A stretch of DNA of 64,000 nucleotides from Ostrea edulis (taxonomy: Eukaryota), in assembly GCF_947568905.1 (NCBI RefSeq), contig NC_079168.1:78864001-78928000 (forward strand), written 5' to 3'. Shown piece by piece: positions 36,298 through 50,349 of the stretch (the stretch's first letter is position 1; every line of letters begins with the position of its first letter). A program made the translations under genes and the position numbers. The notes under the pieces are model-generated. The model saw nothing but the letters and a program-made list of their open reading frames with translations. It ran no database searches and was not told where the DNA came from.

Positions 36298-38799
36298 AGC
36301 TGTATAACTATGAATATTATTAGCTTGGAAATAAAACATACATCTGTAAAACGACCAAAGATCACCACTGTGTTTATCACCAATAATTGATATCAAATAT
36401 GAAATTTAAGAGCACGTGAGAATCAAATATGCATATGAGCAACCGAACATGTCAAATGTGAAAAGTAAAGCTTCTAGATGGCAACCTTAGCGACCACCTG
36501 CGGCTCATGAAATGTTGGTTATTAAGTTTTCCATCTAAATCAGGATCATACGTCAATAAATTTACGGAAGGTGTTTATTCCTAATGATGTCTCTTACCTC
36601 GAGTGAGGTCTTATTAAGGAGAAATACTGCTAAGCAATGTTACAGGTGCGCTATACCCATGGCTGCGTGTGAAGTCCGACGATGTCATTCATGAATTTGT
36701 CTTAGTCAGGTATTCAAGCTTTGTTCTAATCAACATATATCGTTGGGGGGGGGGGGGGGTATTTATTACCTGTCATTTACTCTGTAAACGATACTTGACA
36801 AATAAACATCATATGTAAAATGAAATACATGTAGATAAGTGACTTCAGCATTCTTGTACATTCAAAAATGGTATAATACATGTACAAAACTCGTAGGGGA
36901 AAACTATTGAAAATGTTCTTTTATAAAAAAATTTAAAGGCGGTGAATTCTTATTTAGTTGCCTCGACAGGAACACCCATCAGTATGACGATAATCTAAAC
37001 ATTGTCGACAACACAAAACAGGTCTGGTACATTATACACATACAGACATGCAGGACTGTACAGCTTATGATTGGTTGTTAAGATTTGCCTCGATTTTTTT
37101 TTTTAAAAGAGATGGGAACTAAGAGGCCTATATGTGTTTATGCCTTTTCCATCTAAATTTTAAAAGGCCGAGATATTTTCACAGGAAAGTGGTGTGACCT
37201 AATGTCAACGGGTATTCGAATACATATGTATAAAATAATTAAATCCAAGTGGTATGATAGGGCTGAGTCAATTGAATTCAATTATGACTTATATGAGTTT
37301 AGAAAATAGGGGTTTAAACAAAAAAGAGAGACTTTAAATGGGTTTTTTTCTATTACCTAAACTTAGACAATAGAAAACGTGTTTGACATATTTCATTTTG
37401 TTTTTAAAATACTATTTTCTATGAAGCAATCTATATGTAAACAAAAACATGGCACGAGCCTTGTTTACATAATAAAGAAATGTGAGTGCTGTATCTCACT
37501 TGTAACTAAAAAACTGATATTCAAATTTTGGTTGACCATTAGAAATACTTTAGTGAAGCTTTGTAAACAATGGAAATGGAAAAATAAAATTTGAATTTTG
37601 TTTTTAGCTCAAATCGTTTCCATGCCCCTTTAGGGTTAATCCGCCCTTGCCAAGTTAGATGAATCGGACAATAGCGATGTTACTATAACTTTAATATTGG
37701 GGGTATGCCGCTCGCCCTGTCCGTTGGTGTTGAGCCTTGGCGGTTTCTATTTGCTCGCAAATCTATGTAAACTACGACGGCGAACTATTTGTCATCACAA
37801 CCCACACTTCTTAACAAACATTTTTTTTCTTTCAAAAATTATGAAAACGAAAACTAGTTATGCTTGAGTGCCGTGTGGAATGTAATTTGTTCCAAAGATC
37901 TCTCAATTAAGTCCAAGAGAGTGAGGAAAATTCATTTTGAGTTACGTGAGGAGGGGTTGATATATTTCAATTTTTGAACATCATAGAAAATTTAGAAGTC
38001 CGTTACTCTGTTAGTAATACTATATTGGTACTTATTAAAACCAAGCAAAATAAAACAAATATACATTCAACCTATGCATCCATTTTTTATTCTTATTTAT
38101 TTATTTACTTATTATTATTGTATCAAGCGTTCTTAAATTTTCTTTCTATGTACATCGATGTCAAAGCTCAAAATGGTCTAACTGTTGAACATGAAGATTA
38201 ACCGATATAATCGGTCTTGTGTAATCCGGGGTTGGGGGGGATTTGCGTATCAATTTACTGATTTCTCTTTTTTTTTCTAGCCCTTTCTGACTTTTCTGAC
38301 TATAGGAACAAAAAATTGAAAGAAACCGAATGACTTCTATAGTTAAATATTGAAAATATTTCATATCAGTAGATTATAAAAATCTTGCACAACTGCACTT
38401 TGTAGTGAACATCCATTCCAGTCTAATTCAGAAGTTAGAGAACTGAGTTGACAAACTTTGTCAGGGACGAATCGAAACCAACAGAAACGGTATATCTCCC
38501 CTGTAAGACCTCATTTTATTTGGAGTGTTTTAATAGCTATTGGAATGGTGTGCCCATGACTTTATTCTAAAAGAATATCAAAAATGTAAAGATGGATTAC
38601 TGCCATGTACTAGATGTGTCTAAGTGTTGAAAAATTGTGGGATATCATAAAGTTATTATTTTATTTATTTACTTTTTCTATGATTTTGGTTGTGTTTTTT
38701 TTAAATTTTCGTTTTTATTTTTATTTACTTTTCTTAGACAAGATTTTAATAACATAGGAGAGAGAAATTCTATAAGATCCCTGATAAAACGGAGATGAA

Positions 38800-39206
38800 C
38801 CCTTACCAAAATGTAAAGTTTGCTGCAAATTTGCCGCAAGTTTGCTGCAAGTTTGCGGCAAACAAATCAGTGTGCCAGAGCTGTTTGCCAGAAGTGTGCA
38901 GCTAATGCCGCTAGCGGCATACAGTGTGCCACTAGCAGCACACAGTGTGCCACTAGTGGCACAGTGTGCCAGAAGTGCGCCACAACTTTTCCTAAATGAA
39001 ACAGTGTGCCAGAAGTGCACCACAACTTTTTCTTTGGTATTCAGAATCAAAACTGTGTGCCAGAAGTGCACCACAACTTTTTCTTTAGTATTCAGAATCA
39101 AAACTGTGTGCCGGAAGTGCACCACAACTTTTTCTTTGGTATTCAGAATCGTGTGCCGGAAGTTCACAACTTTTTCCTTAAAATTTTAGAACTGAAATAG
39201 CAAGGG
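38800..39206. mobile_element. Repeat element with ccctt/aaggg ends and internal gtgtgccagaagtg repeats
   Basis: Same family as 48925-49369, in opposite orientation (cccttaccaaaat vs attttggtaaggg). Confidence 0.65.
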
Positions 39207-39878
39207 CACCAAAGTTCACGACTTTTCTTGAATATTTAGAATAAAAGAGCCATTTTAATATATCCATCACAACATTTTCTATAATAGAACATATATGCAC
39301 ATTTCTTGCGTACCCCTTCCATCTTCTTGTCTTAATGGGAATTAGCGGTCATTTTGTCACCAAATATTGAATTCAATGAAAGTTGCCCTATAATAGTTAT
39401 TATATATTAAAGTAATAATTACACTTGTATTTAATTATTTCAAACACCTTTTAACCTCTAAATGAATATGTGATTTTGGTGATTGAATATTATTGTCTTG
39501 CAAGACAGTATAATTATTCTTTAGTTACCTTTGCATGCTGTCAGCAAAATGTAAATGCTGTTTTTGTTTTTATTTGAGAAATGATTTGATTTGGGTGCAG
39601 TGAATACATCTTCCGTATATATTTCTTTACATTAAAAGCGGTTATCTAACATAGTTTTATTAGGGTTAATTCTCTTGTTTTTGTACATAATAAAAAATAA
39701 ATGTTCTTATTAGTCATCAATATGTATTTCAATATCATCGAGAGATTTTGAAAAAAAGAAAATGGTTGTCATCACTTTCACAGCTAATGCCCCTTTAAAA
39801 TAAGATGTAAGTGCACAGTTATCTGAATTTTAATCTAATTAGAAAAAAAAGTGAAGAAAAAATATCTATATCTAAATC

Positions 39879-39882
<4 letters not shown>

Positions 39883-39928
<46 letters not shown>
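39883..39928. repeat. (GA)n microsatellite
   Basis: Direct reading. Confidence 0.95.
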
Positions 39929-39931
<3 letters not shown>

Positions 39932-40519
39932 CTTTTCTTTATTTACATGTATATCTGAACATTGATTACAATTCAGATACTGGATTTGTGAGTTGAAATT
40001 AATCAAATGAGAGTGGTAAAAATTCACCTTTATATCGTATAATTTATCCAGGTACGTTATTCTGGTGTGTGGAATGCTAATTGATACTAAGTTAGAATAA
40101 TCTAAGCTGTATACCAAAGTTGGTCTTCATGGAACTTTACGGCTCTATGCATCCCAAATAGAGATCGGGTTCAATGCGTCGGGTGTGGGATTCACTCAAT
40201 ATTATATGCTGAGCGCGAAAGTTGATATCAACAGACGCCATGAATTTATCACAATAAATACGTTACCTTTATAAATTTAGATATTCACCTGCTTGCAGTC
40301 TTGTATCGGAAAAAAACCATGTAAACAAAAAAGCACCCTTCGTGACCCGCCACCTCTGACATGCTCAGAAACCAACATCCGGTATCATCTTTTCTTTTCC
40401 GCCGTTGTGGAGTGCAGTCACGTTTTTCTCGAGGAGGAAAAGAATTTTTTCTACTTGCTAATTTTGGCTAAGTATTGCATGGTAGTTTTTGTTATTACTT
40501 TATTACATTATTAAGCATT

Positions 40520-42186
40520 ATGGCGAATGAAGGTGAAAATGTTAAATTACCTTTTATTGCTGTAGAGGGAGAGTACTGGGACTCTGTTGACTCTAGAAGT
40601 TTTGGTCCCATGGAATCTGACCCTTTTCTTTCTTATGGGAATGTCATGGATTCCCCAGGAATTCCTCCTACCCCGGTTACTTCGGTAGGTCAAATTAGAG
40701 CTACATCTACTATTACGCGACCTCCTGGTAGTCCGGTGGCTAGTTCTCGCCCTGAGAGTTTTCCTTCGGGTAATCGTAGGGAGACGTTTTATCGGTCTAG
40801 GTGGCCAGCTAGATTTCCTCATCCCATGTATTCTGTGCCACCTTATCCCTACTCGACTCAACCTGTGTGGACAGGGCAAGGTTTTGTTAGTAAACCAAAC
40901 TTAATGGAGTCCTCCAATAAGGACGAAATTAAATGTTTGGTTTCCTCTATTCAGAAACTGGAGGCTTCTATTTCTTCAAAATTTGTGACAGTGGAACGTA
41001 GACTAGATTTGATTGAAAAAAGCAAATCAGCTACGTCCCCCACTGTTCCTGGGGCTGCTCTTGTCACCCCTCGGCCCGTTTTTGATAATAAAGCGGACGA
41101 GGAGGTTGACTCATTATCTTTGGCTCCCAGTAGTCAAGAGGCATCTTTTCTCCGGTTCCTTCAGTCGATGAAGTTGGGCTTTCTCAGGAGCAACTTCCAG
41201 TAGAGAATCTCACTCTGAAAGCTAAAGTGTACGCAATTCGTAGAGAATTGTCAGGTCCCGATTCTTTAGTTTCTCCTCCCAGGAGTTCTCACAAACCTTC
41301 TGATTTTCAGTCCTGCTCTGGTCTTGTGAGAGATTCTTCTAAGTCGTATGCTTCTTTTCCCGAGTCTAGTCATTTTAAATCTGCATTGGCTTCCATTAAT
41401 TCTCATCTTGTCGACGATCAGATGTCCTCCAATAAGGCCTCTAATTTAGTTAGACAAAATCTGGCTTTTAGTACATCTTCTTTCCCTGGTAAGGTTAGAA
41501 TGAAGTATTTTGATATTCATGATGTTTCCTTGGGAAAATCTCAACCTGTTTTTGATAAGACTTTTTCTAATCTTCTTGGTGCTAAGTCTTCTGAGGGGGT
41601 CAAGTTATCTCAGACTTCTTATTCTAGGTCGGAGAACAATCTTCGGGGTGTTGCCGCAGCTTTACAGTATGTGGAGCACTTTCTTGCTGCTGCAGGTGCC
41701 TCTCTTAAAGATAAGGGCGAAGAATTTGATGATGTTCGTTCTTTTCTTCTCCAAGTAGATAGATGTCTTTGCACTTCTCAGCTCTTGAATCTTGGCACTA
41801 TTGCCAATTTTTCTTTAGCTAGGAGACAAGAGATTCTTAAAAAATCTAACGTCTCTGAGTTTCTTAAAGACAACCTACTTTTTTCTCCTCTTCATAAAGA
41901 GCAGTTATTTGGCATCTCTTTACGCAAATTACAAGAGGAATTACACAAAGAACCTCCTACTGTTAAAGTAGATGTACAACTCAACAATGGTAGTTCTAGG
42001 CGTGTTTCTTGTTCTTCTAAATCAGACTCTTCTAGAAGTAAGTCGCAAGGTGCTACTAAATCTGGCTCTTCTCTGCAAGGTTCAAATAATCTTAAGAGAA
42101 GTAATGAGCATCGTTCTTTCCCATCGGCTTCTGGATCTAATAATAAAAAACCCAAAGTAGCCAAGGGTAAGAAATCTCAGTTTTGA
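40520..42186 (+). pseudogene. DIRS gag-like ORF1, frameshift near 41147
   Basis: ORF 40520-41203 continues in another frame (SPVPSVDEV..KAKVYAIRREL) to 42186. It is positioned 5' of RT. Confidence 0.7.
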
Positions 42187-42255
42187 TGCCTCCCCCCTCC
42201 TGTAGCACAATCCACTCTTTCCGAGGAAGTAGGTGTTCCCTTTCCTCATCTTCCT

Positions 42256-44295
42256 GTGGGAGGACGCCTCTCTCTTTTTCTTCCTCATTGGTCCCGTCTC
42301 ATTTCGGACAAATGGGTTCTTTCTGTGCTACGGAGGGGTTTAGAGCTTCAATTTCGAGAACAGCCTCCTCTCTCTGCGGTTCCTCTGGAATTTTCTATGA
42401 CCAGAGACCCGTGGAAAAATCTGTTGTTACAAGAGGAAGTGTCTCTACTTCTCCAAAAGAATGTATTGGAAGAAGTAAGTCCACCTCTAGGTTGGGGGTT
42501 CTACTCTCGTCTCTTTCTTGTACCCAAAAAGAATGGACAAATGAGACCTGTGTTGGACCTCTCTTTTCTGAATCAGTATCTGGTGATTCCACATTTCAAA
42601 ATGGAGACCAACAGGTCGATCAGAACCTCTCTCCATACAGGGATGTGGACGTCTTCTTTAAATCTGACGGATGCTTATTTTCATGTCCCTATAGCTCCGG
42701 CTTATCGGAAGTTTCTTCGTCTGGTCTGGGAGGGCAAGGTATATGCTTTCAGGGCAATGCCTTTTGGCCTATCTACTGCTCCACTAGTGTTCACAAAAAT
42801 TTTTCAAACAGTGGTTGCGTATCTACACTCCCAGTCCATTTTCATCCATACATATCTAGACGATTCTCTGATCAAGAATTTTTCTTTCAACCTTCTTCAT
42901 CAACATACTCATCGAGTTATTTATCTTCTGTTGAAGCTGGGTTTCCTTATTTCTTGGGAAAAATCAGAGATAGTTCCCAGTCAGAGTTTCATTTTCCTAG
43001 GGGAACAATTTCGAACAGATCTTGGGATAGTTCTTCCTCCAGAGGAGAAATTTCTCAAGCTTCAGTATCTGTTGGATCAACTACTTTCAGCCAAACAGGC
43101 TTCAGCTCGCTAGTTTCTACAACTGATAGGTTTTCTGATTTCTCTGATGGACATAGTACCTTTAGGTCGTCTTCATACTCGCCTCATTCAGTGGTATCTT
43201 CTGGAATTTTGGGTACCAGCCTCACAACAGTGGGAAGCTGTTATTCCCATTCTTCCCAGATTGTATCCTCATCTTCTGTGGTGGTCAGTGAGAGAGAATG
43301 TTATGATAGGTTGCTCGCTAGACCCCCCAGTTCCTTCTATGACCCTGTTTACAGATGCTTCTCTGACAGGCTGGGGAGCTACCCTGGAAGGCAGAGAGGC
43401 ATCAGGTATATGGTCCGGTCTCCAGTTGACAGAACACATCAATTTACTGGAGATGCGGGCTGTTCTTCTGGCATTGAAACACTTTTCCCAATTTGTTCAG
43501 GGTCAATCTCTGATGATAGCCACAGACAATACAACAGTAGTGGCTTATCTGCAGAATCAGGGCGGCACACATTCTCAGTCTCTTTACCTTCTGTGCAAAG
43601 AAATTCTGTTGTTTTGCCGTTCCCTGGGAATTCGCTTGTCAGTCAGGCATGTTCCTGGCAATCTGAATCTAGTAGCGGATGCTCTCTCAAGGTCACTGCA
43701 TCCAGTGAATACAGAATGGGAGTTACATCCAGCAGTCTTTCAGGAGATCTGTCTCAAGTGGGATCGTCCTCATATAGACCTCTTTGCTACGCATCTGAAT
43801 TGCAAACTGCCAACGTTTGTCTCTCCGATTCCAGACAACAAAGCTTTAGCAGTGGATGCAATGTCTTTCGATTGGAAGGGGATGTTTTCTTACATGTTTC
43901 CTCCTTTTCGCCTCCTTCCCAAGATTTTACACAAAATCAGGGTAGAAATTTGCAAGACCATTCTTATTGCTCCAGCATGGCCAAAACAATCTTGGTTTCC
44001 AGATCTTCTTCAACTGTGTTGTGCGAGACCAATTCTGCTTCCTCTCAGGAAAGATCTTTTGTCTCAATTCAAAGGCAGGAAAGTTCATCAGAATCTTTCC
44101 AACCTCCATCTACACGCATGGTTACTGTCAGGGAATCTCTCAGACAGGATGGCTTTTCTGACAGAGCAGCCAAACGTATCTCTAGTTCAGTCAGAAAATC
44201 TACAGGAGCAATTTATGACTCTAAGTGGAACATCTTCTGTTCTTGGTGTCGTTCAAAGGAAATTGATCCTCTCGCAGTTACTGTCCAACAGTTAG
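42256..44295 (+). pseudogene. DIRS RT/RNase H/methyltransferase-like ORF with one premature TAG (43111-43113)
   Basis: YSRLFLVPKK, RPVLDL, MPFGLSTAP, YLDD, FLG; RH TDAS..GWGA, HINLLE, TDN, ADALSR; MT-like IDLFA, YMFPPF, APAWPKQSWF. Confidence 0.92.
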
Positions 44296-45212
44296 CTGAG
44301 TTTTTAGTCTATCTGTTTGAAGACAAAGGTTTCTCTCCCTCTACTATTAAGGGCTATCGTTCAGCTTTATCCAGAACTATAGCTTTGTCAGGAGGTCCTG
44401 ATTTTGGGAAGAATGAGTTCTTGTCCCTCATGGTCAAGAATATTTGTTTGGAACGACCTAGACAACGTAGGTTGGTTCCATCCTGGAATTTAGCTTTGGT
44501 TCTTAGGACTTTACAATTTCCTCCTTTCGAACCTTTATTTTTAGCTCCCTTTAAGTTTTTGACCTTGAAGTGCTGTTTTTTATTAGCTTTAGCTTCTGGT
44601 CGTAGAAGGAGTGAGATTCATGCTTTCTCCATTGCAGATTCTTGTCTCAGATTTTCTGCAGATAATTCTTCAGTTACTCTGTTGACAGATCCATCTTTCT
44701 TAGCCAAGAATCAGTTATCAGACAAAGGTTCTGGACCTATTGTTATTCCTGCTCTACCTAAATCATTAGGTAATCAGGATTTATGTCCAGTGCGTACACT
44801 TCAGAAATATATTTCTGTTTCGTCAACGCTCAGACCTTCTGGTTCTACTAGACTTTTCATTCCTATTAAGAAAGGTCTAAGTGATATTTCGGCTAAGACT
44901 ATTTCTACTTGGCTTTGTCATACTGTTAAGATGGCTTACCAATCTTCATCTCCAGAAGCCTTGTCTCGTGTTCAAGTTCAGGCACATGAAATTAGAGCCT
45001 TGTCTTGCTCCTGGGATATTTTCAATTCCTCCTCTATGTCGGAAATCATGTCAGCTGGTTATTGGAGGTCTGATAGTACCTTTTATAACCATTACCTTAG
45101 ATCTATGCCCCTTCATAGTGACAGTTTGTTCTCGCTTGGACCTCTAGTTTCAGCTCAAAAAGTGGTTTTTCCTCCTAGTTGCCAATCTCAGGGGGATTCA
45201 GCTCTACTTTGA
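44140..45212 (+). CDS. DIRS tyrosine recombinase (C-terminal part of the 1009-aa ORF 42183-45212 overlapping RT/RH)
   Basis: STIKGYRSA, LASGRRRSE (R), KN, AHEIRA (H..R) and GYW..STFYNHY (Y) motifs. Confidence 0.92.
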
Positions 45213-47670
45213 ATTCTGCTTATCTAAATTTATAAAGGTAATGTATTTATGGTGATAAATTCTAAATTTTTAGTATTAAAATTTGTATTTGTTAAATAAA
45301 TACTTACCTTTATAAATCAGAGGTCCCAACCCACCTCCCCTTCATCCCCCTTCTAATTTTTTGTTTTATGTCAAAGAATAGATGATACCGGATGTTGGTT
45401 TCTGAACATGTCAGAGGTGGCGGGTCACGAAGGGTGCTTTTTTGTTTACATGGGTTTTTTTTCCGATACAAGACTGCAAGCAGGTGAATATCTAAATTTA
45501 TAAAGGTAAGTATTTATTTAACAAATACAAATTTTAATACTAAAAATTTAGATGTTATACCGGTAAACATCTTGAACATGAATCGAGAACAGGAGTTGAT
45601 GCAGATATTCTGAGGAGAATCTTCCAATCATTGAGTAAGTGATTTACTGTGTATCTTATAGTTATAAACTCTGTAATATATTGTTCAAAACGAAACTGAC
45701 CATCGCTCATTGTATGTTGTTGCGTCAAATCTTAAGTCAGTGTTTACCTTTATAAATTTACATTCTTCATTCAATTCTTTGAAATTATGTGGAATTTAAT
45801 TTTTTTTTAAATTTCCTTTGTATGAGAATAGATTATACTCCTTCTAGTTGCATTATCGTAGCCATCGCGGATTTTTTTTTTTATACATTTGGACAGGACC
45901 ATATAGGCACTTAAAAAAAATGGAGAGAGAGGGGAAAAGGCCGAAAAACAAACAAATAATTAGGCCTATTTCCGTAATAATTATGCTATTTTTTGTTTAC
46001 TTTCTACTCGGGTTATATTTGCAAAACTGAATAGTTTATTCAGTAAATGGTGTTTTTTAATGAATGGTTGATTATTTTTTTTATTCAAATACTTATGATT
46101 TGAACCCAGATGTCCAGTTAGAAAAGTTAAACTGCATTATGATCAGGGATGTGACCTCCAGAATCTCAATTTTGTCACTCCATAAATGCATATACGTTAT
46201 TAAAATGGATTGAAGATCTTGTCTTGGCAATAAAGTTAATTTGTACGTAAAGTCTGGTCAGCATGATATTAACAGTTGTACATCAAATATTGCATTTATT
46301 AGCCCAATGTGCTATAAAGCAACATTGATTATTTCTCGGCTTTGAAAATCGGTGGCCCCAGGTGTCGGGCGACGGTAATTACATGTACACACCCCTGAAT
46401 GATTCCTCCTATGTTAGACGCCTTGCAAACTTGTATATAGGACGGCCAATGGTATCTCGTAATTATTTGCAATTTTATATCTTTTTCAGAATATATTTCA
46501 TGATAGTCGTGAAGATACAGAAGTTGTGATGGTGTGTTGATAGGCTGTCTTCAACTTGCCATATCTGAGAGTTCCAACATACAGGCCTGGATTAATGTGT
46601 ATAAATCACTAATGAAGTTACTTAGTGTTATTTAGTTTTAAAAAAAGAATGACATTTCAATTTATACACACTTGCCAAGTGAATCTGATGAGACTGCTAC
46701 ATGTATTTGTGAGTAAAGGCACTCTGTCTTAACCGAAAAACTATTTACAGTTTATCACAACAAATGGATGGGACAGTAGAGTTGTTGCGGACAATATGTG
46801 ATTGTGATGACCAAGTACTGAACAAGTGGAAGATTAGAAGAAGGTCCAGAATTCAATCGTTTTTGATTCTAAGGCGCAGACAGCATGGAGATAGTCCTAT
46901 TATTCTCCCATTCATCTATGATGGAGAAACTTGTGTAAATGTTTACAGTGTTCTCCCTAATAAGTGCCCACAAGTCTGTATTAATTTATCAGAATATAAA
47001 GTCCTTCACAGTACTCAAAAGTACTGACTTTAAAATTCATGTAGATTGTCTCCAGTTTTTTCTGAGGAAAAGTGCATAGTTCACATGTGTGAATTTTGAA
47101 TATATTTCATTCTTGTCTGCAAATGTTGCTGAAACCTGTTATTGATGCACAATGCACATAGTCATGTTATGCAAATGATAGACCTCCTTTTTATTTACAT
47201 GTCCTTAAGATCATGTCAACTCCTTTGTCTTAATTGTATATGCAATTCTAGCATTTATAGCATCATTTGTATAGCACTTGCTAGTTTAATAAGGATTTTA
47301 TTTTTTAAAAACTTTCATTTGACATGATTGATCTAAAACGGCCAAAATTCACAAATCTATTTAAATCACAACCTGACCTTATGTCAGAAAAGTGCCACTG
47401 TGGGTTGATATTTTTCTCTTGGATCTTGAAAGAAATTCTTTATGCAGCAGTTTCCAAATAAAATGCACTCTCATGGCCAGGGTGGGACTTCACCGAGAAC
47501 TTTTTAACATTGCACAATGCAATATTTGTGGATTAGAAGCTGTTGCAGTTTCTTTAAGTTTTCTCTCACATCTTGTTATAATTATATTTTTGGTCGGGTT
47601 GCACAATGTGCAAACAGTTTATAAAATGCAGAATGACTGGTGGGCAAGCGACAATAGCGTCCCTGTAATA

Positions 47671-48670
47671 GTACCTACTTTGTGAAATCAACTCCTTTCA
47701 CACCTCTCACTTGATGTTCCTCAAACTTTGTACAGTTGTTAGGGATACATCGAAGATGTGCGTGTACCTTTTTGAAAGTGATCAGACATTTTTTGAAAAA
47801 TTTACATGTAGTTAAACTTCGTCATTTTTTAAGCATTTCTTTAATCGACAGTATCTATTTTGTGTAATTAACTCCTCGTATACCTCTAATTTGACATTCC
47901 TCAAACTGTGTACAGTTGTTATGAATACATTGAAGATGTGCATATGTGTTTTTGAAAGTGATCAGACATTTAAAAAAAAAAATGTACATGTAGTTGAACT
48001 TAAGTCATTTTAAAGCATTTCTTGAATAGATGGTAACTATTTTGTGTAATCAAATCCTCATGCACCTCTAACTTGACATTCCTTAAACTTTGTACAGTTG
48101 TTATGAACACATTGAAGATGTGCATGTGTCTTTTTGAAAATGATTAGACTTTTTTTTTTTAATTACGTGTAGTTGAACTTGTTATTTTTTATGCATTTCT
48201 TGAATGGATGGTACCTATTTTGTGTGATCAACTCGTGCACATCTAAATTGATATTCCTCAAACTTTGTACAGTAGTTATGGACACATTGAAGATGTGCAT
48301 GTGTCTTTTTGAAAGTGATCAGACTTTTTTCAAAAAAATTACATTTAGTTGAACTTTGTCATTTATTTAAAGCATTTCCTGAATAGTTGGTACTTATTTT
48401 TTGTAATCAACTCCTCTTACAGCATTTATTTGACATTCTTCAGACCTTGAACAGCTGTTATGGAAGCATTGTAAATGTGCATGTGTCTTTTCGGAAGTGA
48501 TCAGGCATTCTTTGAAAAATTTACATGTGCATGGTGAAGTTGAACTTAGTCATTTTTTTAAGCATGGTACTTTATGTAACCAACTCAGCTTTTACTTAAC
48601 ATTTTCCAAACCCTGTACATTATAGATGTTATAAAAACATTGAAGATTTACATCTAACATTTTAAAAATG
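47671..48670. repeat. Satellite-like array, about 180-bp unit, about 5.5 diverged copies
   Basis: aatcaactcc recurs at 47686, 47866, 48048, 48226 and 48405. It resembles TE-embedded oyster satellites (inference). Confidence 0.9.
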
Positions 48671-48924
48671 TTTCTTTTTTTCTTTTCTTTTTTTGTTGAA
48701 AAATTCTACCTTTAATTTGTCATTTTTCCAGTATGTTTCTACTGTTGTTCCTATGATAGATAACATATTTTACAAGAACCTGGTCATTTCTGTTTTTGAA
48801 TCTCTCTTTTTTTTAATTAGTATTTTTGAATATGTTAATTACTTGATATGCCATTGTTCTTGAAATTATATTAATTGAATTATTATTGTGTTTTTGTTTT
48901 GTAATATGACAGTTTATATAGGAT

Positions 48925-49369
48925 CCCTTAATTTCGAGCAGATAGTGCCAGAAGTGTGCCGCAAGTTTGCCGCAAACTGTGTGCCGGAAGTGTGCAGCAA
49001 GAGCGTGCCGCAAGTTTGCCGCAAACTGTGTGCCAGAGGAAAAATTTGCATACGAAAAGTATACTTGCGGCAAATATGCCGCACACTGTGTGCCAGAAGT
49101 GTGTGCCGCAAGTTTGCGCAAACTGTGTGCCAGAGGAAAAATTTGCATACGAAAAGTATACTTGCGGCAAATATGCCGCACACTGTGTGCCAGAAGTGTG
49201 CAGCAAGTGTGTGCTGCAACTGTGCCACAAACTGTGTGCCAGAGGAAAAATTTGCATACGAAAAGTATACTTGCGGCAAATGTGCCGCAACTAGTTGCGG
49301 CAAACTTGCCGCAAATGCGCTGCAAATTTGCAGCAACTGTGTGCCAGAGGGCTTATATTTTGGTAAGGG
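48925..49369. mobile_element. Repeat element with ccctta/taaggg ends and internal tandem/inverted gtgtgcc repeats, immediately upstream of the C1q ATG
   Basis: Family match to 38800-39206. Confidence 0.65.
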
Positions 49370-49437
49370 AAATACGAGAATCTTTATCAGTCTGAACTGA
49401 CCTCATTACATTGACGGAAATATCATACCAGTGAAGA

Positions 49438-50349
49438 ATGCGGGTCAGTATTATAATTTGTGTATTGGTGAATATTTGGGGTATGGCAGTTAGCGAAGAC
49501 AGGGTGTACACGGAAGAATTCGTAATGAACCTTGTTCAGAGGATGGATCGTCTGGAACAGGAATTATCTCTGTTCAAGAAAGAAAGCATTGCCAACATCC
49601 GGGAACTTCAGACCAAACTTCGACAGTCTAGCCAGAGAGCAGACGAGCTGGAGAGCAGGTTGGAGAGGCACCAGGCCGTTGTATCGAGATGGGTGAGTGA
49701 CCATGAAGGCACCATGGATGAAGTTAATTCACCTGAATCGGAAAAGCAAAATTCGAGCAACACAAATCAAGGTTGGAACTAAATCTGATCGCATCATACT
49801 GTAATTCTATCTACCAGGATTTGATAATTGCGGAGGGCAAAATATGAGAATGTCACTCTATGTATCGTTCAATCTTTTTTATGTTTTTTTTTTTTAGATC
49901 GTATCCAAAGACTTTTGATTCCCTCAATTCCCGACACTACAACCCAATCGAGCACCCTTCCTGTTGCTTTCTATGCGCACGCATCTGATCATCAGACGGG
50001 ATTGGGTACTGGACAGACTATTCACTACAAAACAGTTATCACTAACGCTGGAAATGGATTCGATTCCAAAATCGGGATATTTAAGGCACCTGCAGCAGGG
50101 TACTACTATTTCGCGACAACTTTGGTCAGTGGTCAAGGCGAGACTGTGAGAAGTAGCATCGTTCACAATAGCCAAGACGTTGCACATGTGTTCGCGGGAA
50201 ATGAAGGGACATACGGGTCTGGTTCTAACTCTGTTGTCCTCTATTTGAATGTAAATGATGACGTGTGGACCAGGGTATCTATTGACACAAATGCTCATGT
50301 ATATGCCGATTCGTGGTGTACATTCTCTGGGTTTCTGATTTCAAATTAA
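49438..50349 (+). CDS. Secreted C1q-domain-containing protein with coiled coil, about 261 aa; exons 49438-49771 and 49898-50349
   Basis: Signal peptide and coiled coil. Phase-1 intron CAAG|gttgga...tttag|AT. gC1q motifs VAFYA, VITNAGNGFD..IGIFKAP..GYYYF, GSNSVVLYL..NDDVW and TFSGFLI. Confidence 0.92.

Larger units (their letters stand above)
40243..45551 (+). mobile_element. Structurally complete DIRS1-type retrotransposon (5.3 kb): left ITR 40243-40390, ICR 45222-45317, right ITR plus extension 45380-45551
   Basis: The ITRs are near-identical inverted copies. The ICR halves are complementary to the left end (aatttatcac...tttagat) and right end (atttataaagg...aaaaatttag). No TSD. Confidence 0.95.

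Noticed and set aside
42183-44140. N-terminal about 650 aa of the 1009-aa ORF as a novel protein
   Set aside because: It is Ser-rich text in the alternative frame of RT/RH. A long overlap is a known DIRS1 property, and no domain is recognisable.
46764-47027. Short ORFs at 46764-47027 and 28102-28368, and other 60-100-aa ORFs in AT-rich DNA
   Set aside because: No motifs, signal peptides or splice support; consistent with chance.
38721-49400. Cys/His-rich ORFs at 38721-39200 and 48813-49400
   Set aside because: They are translations of gtgtgcc tandem repeats, open in many frames on both strands.
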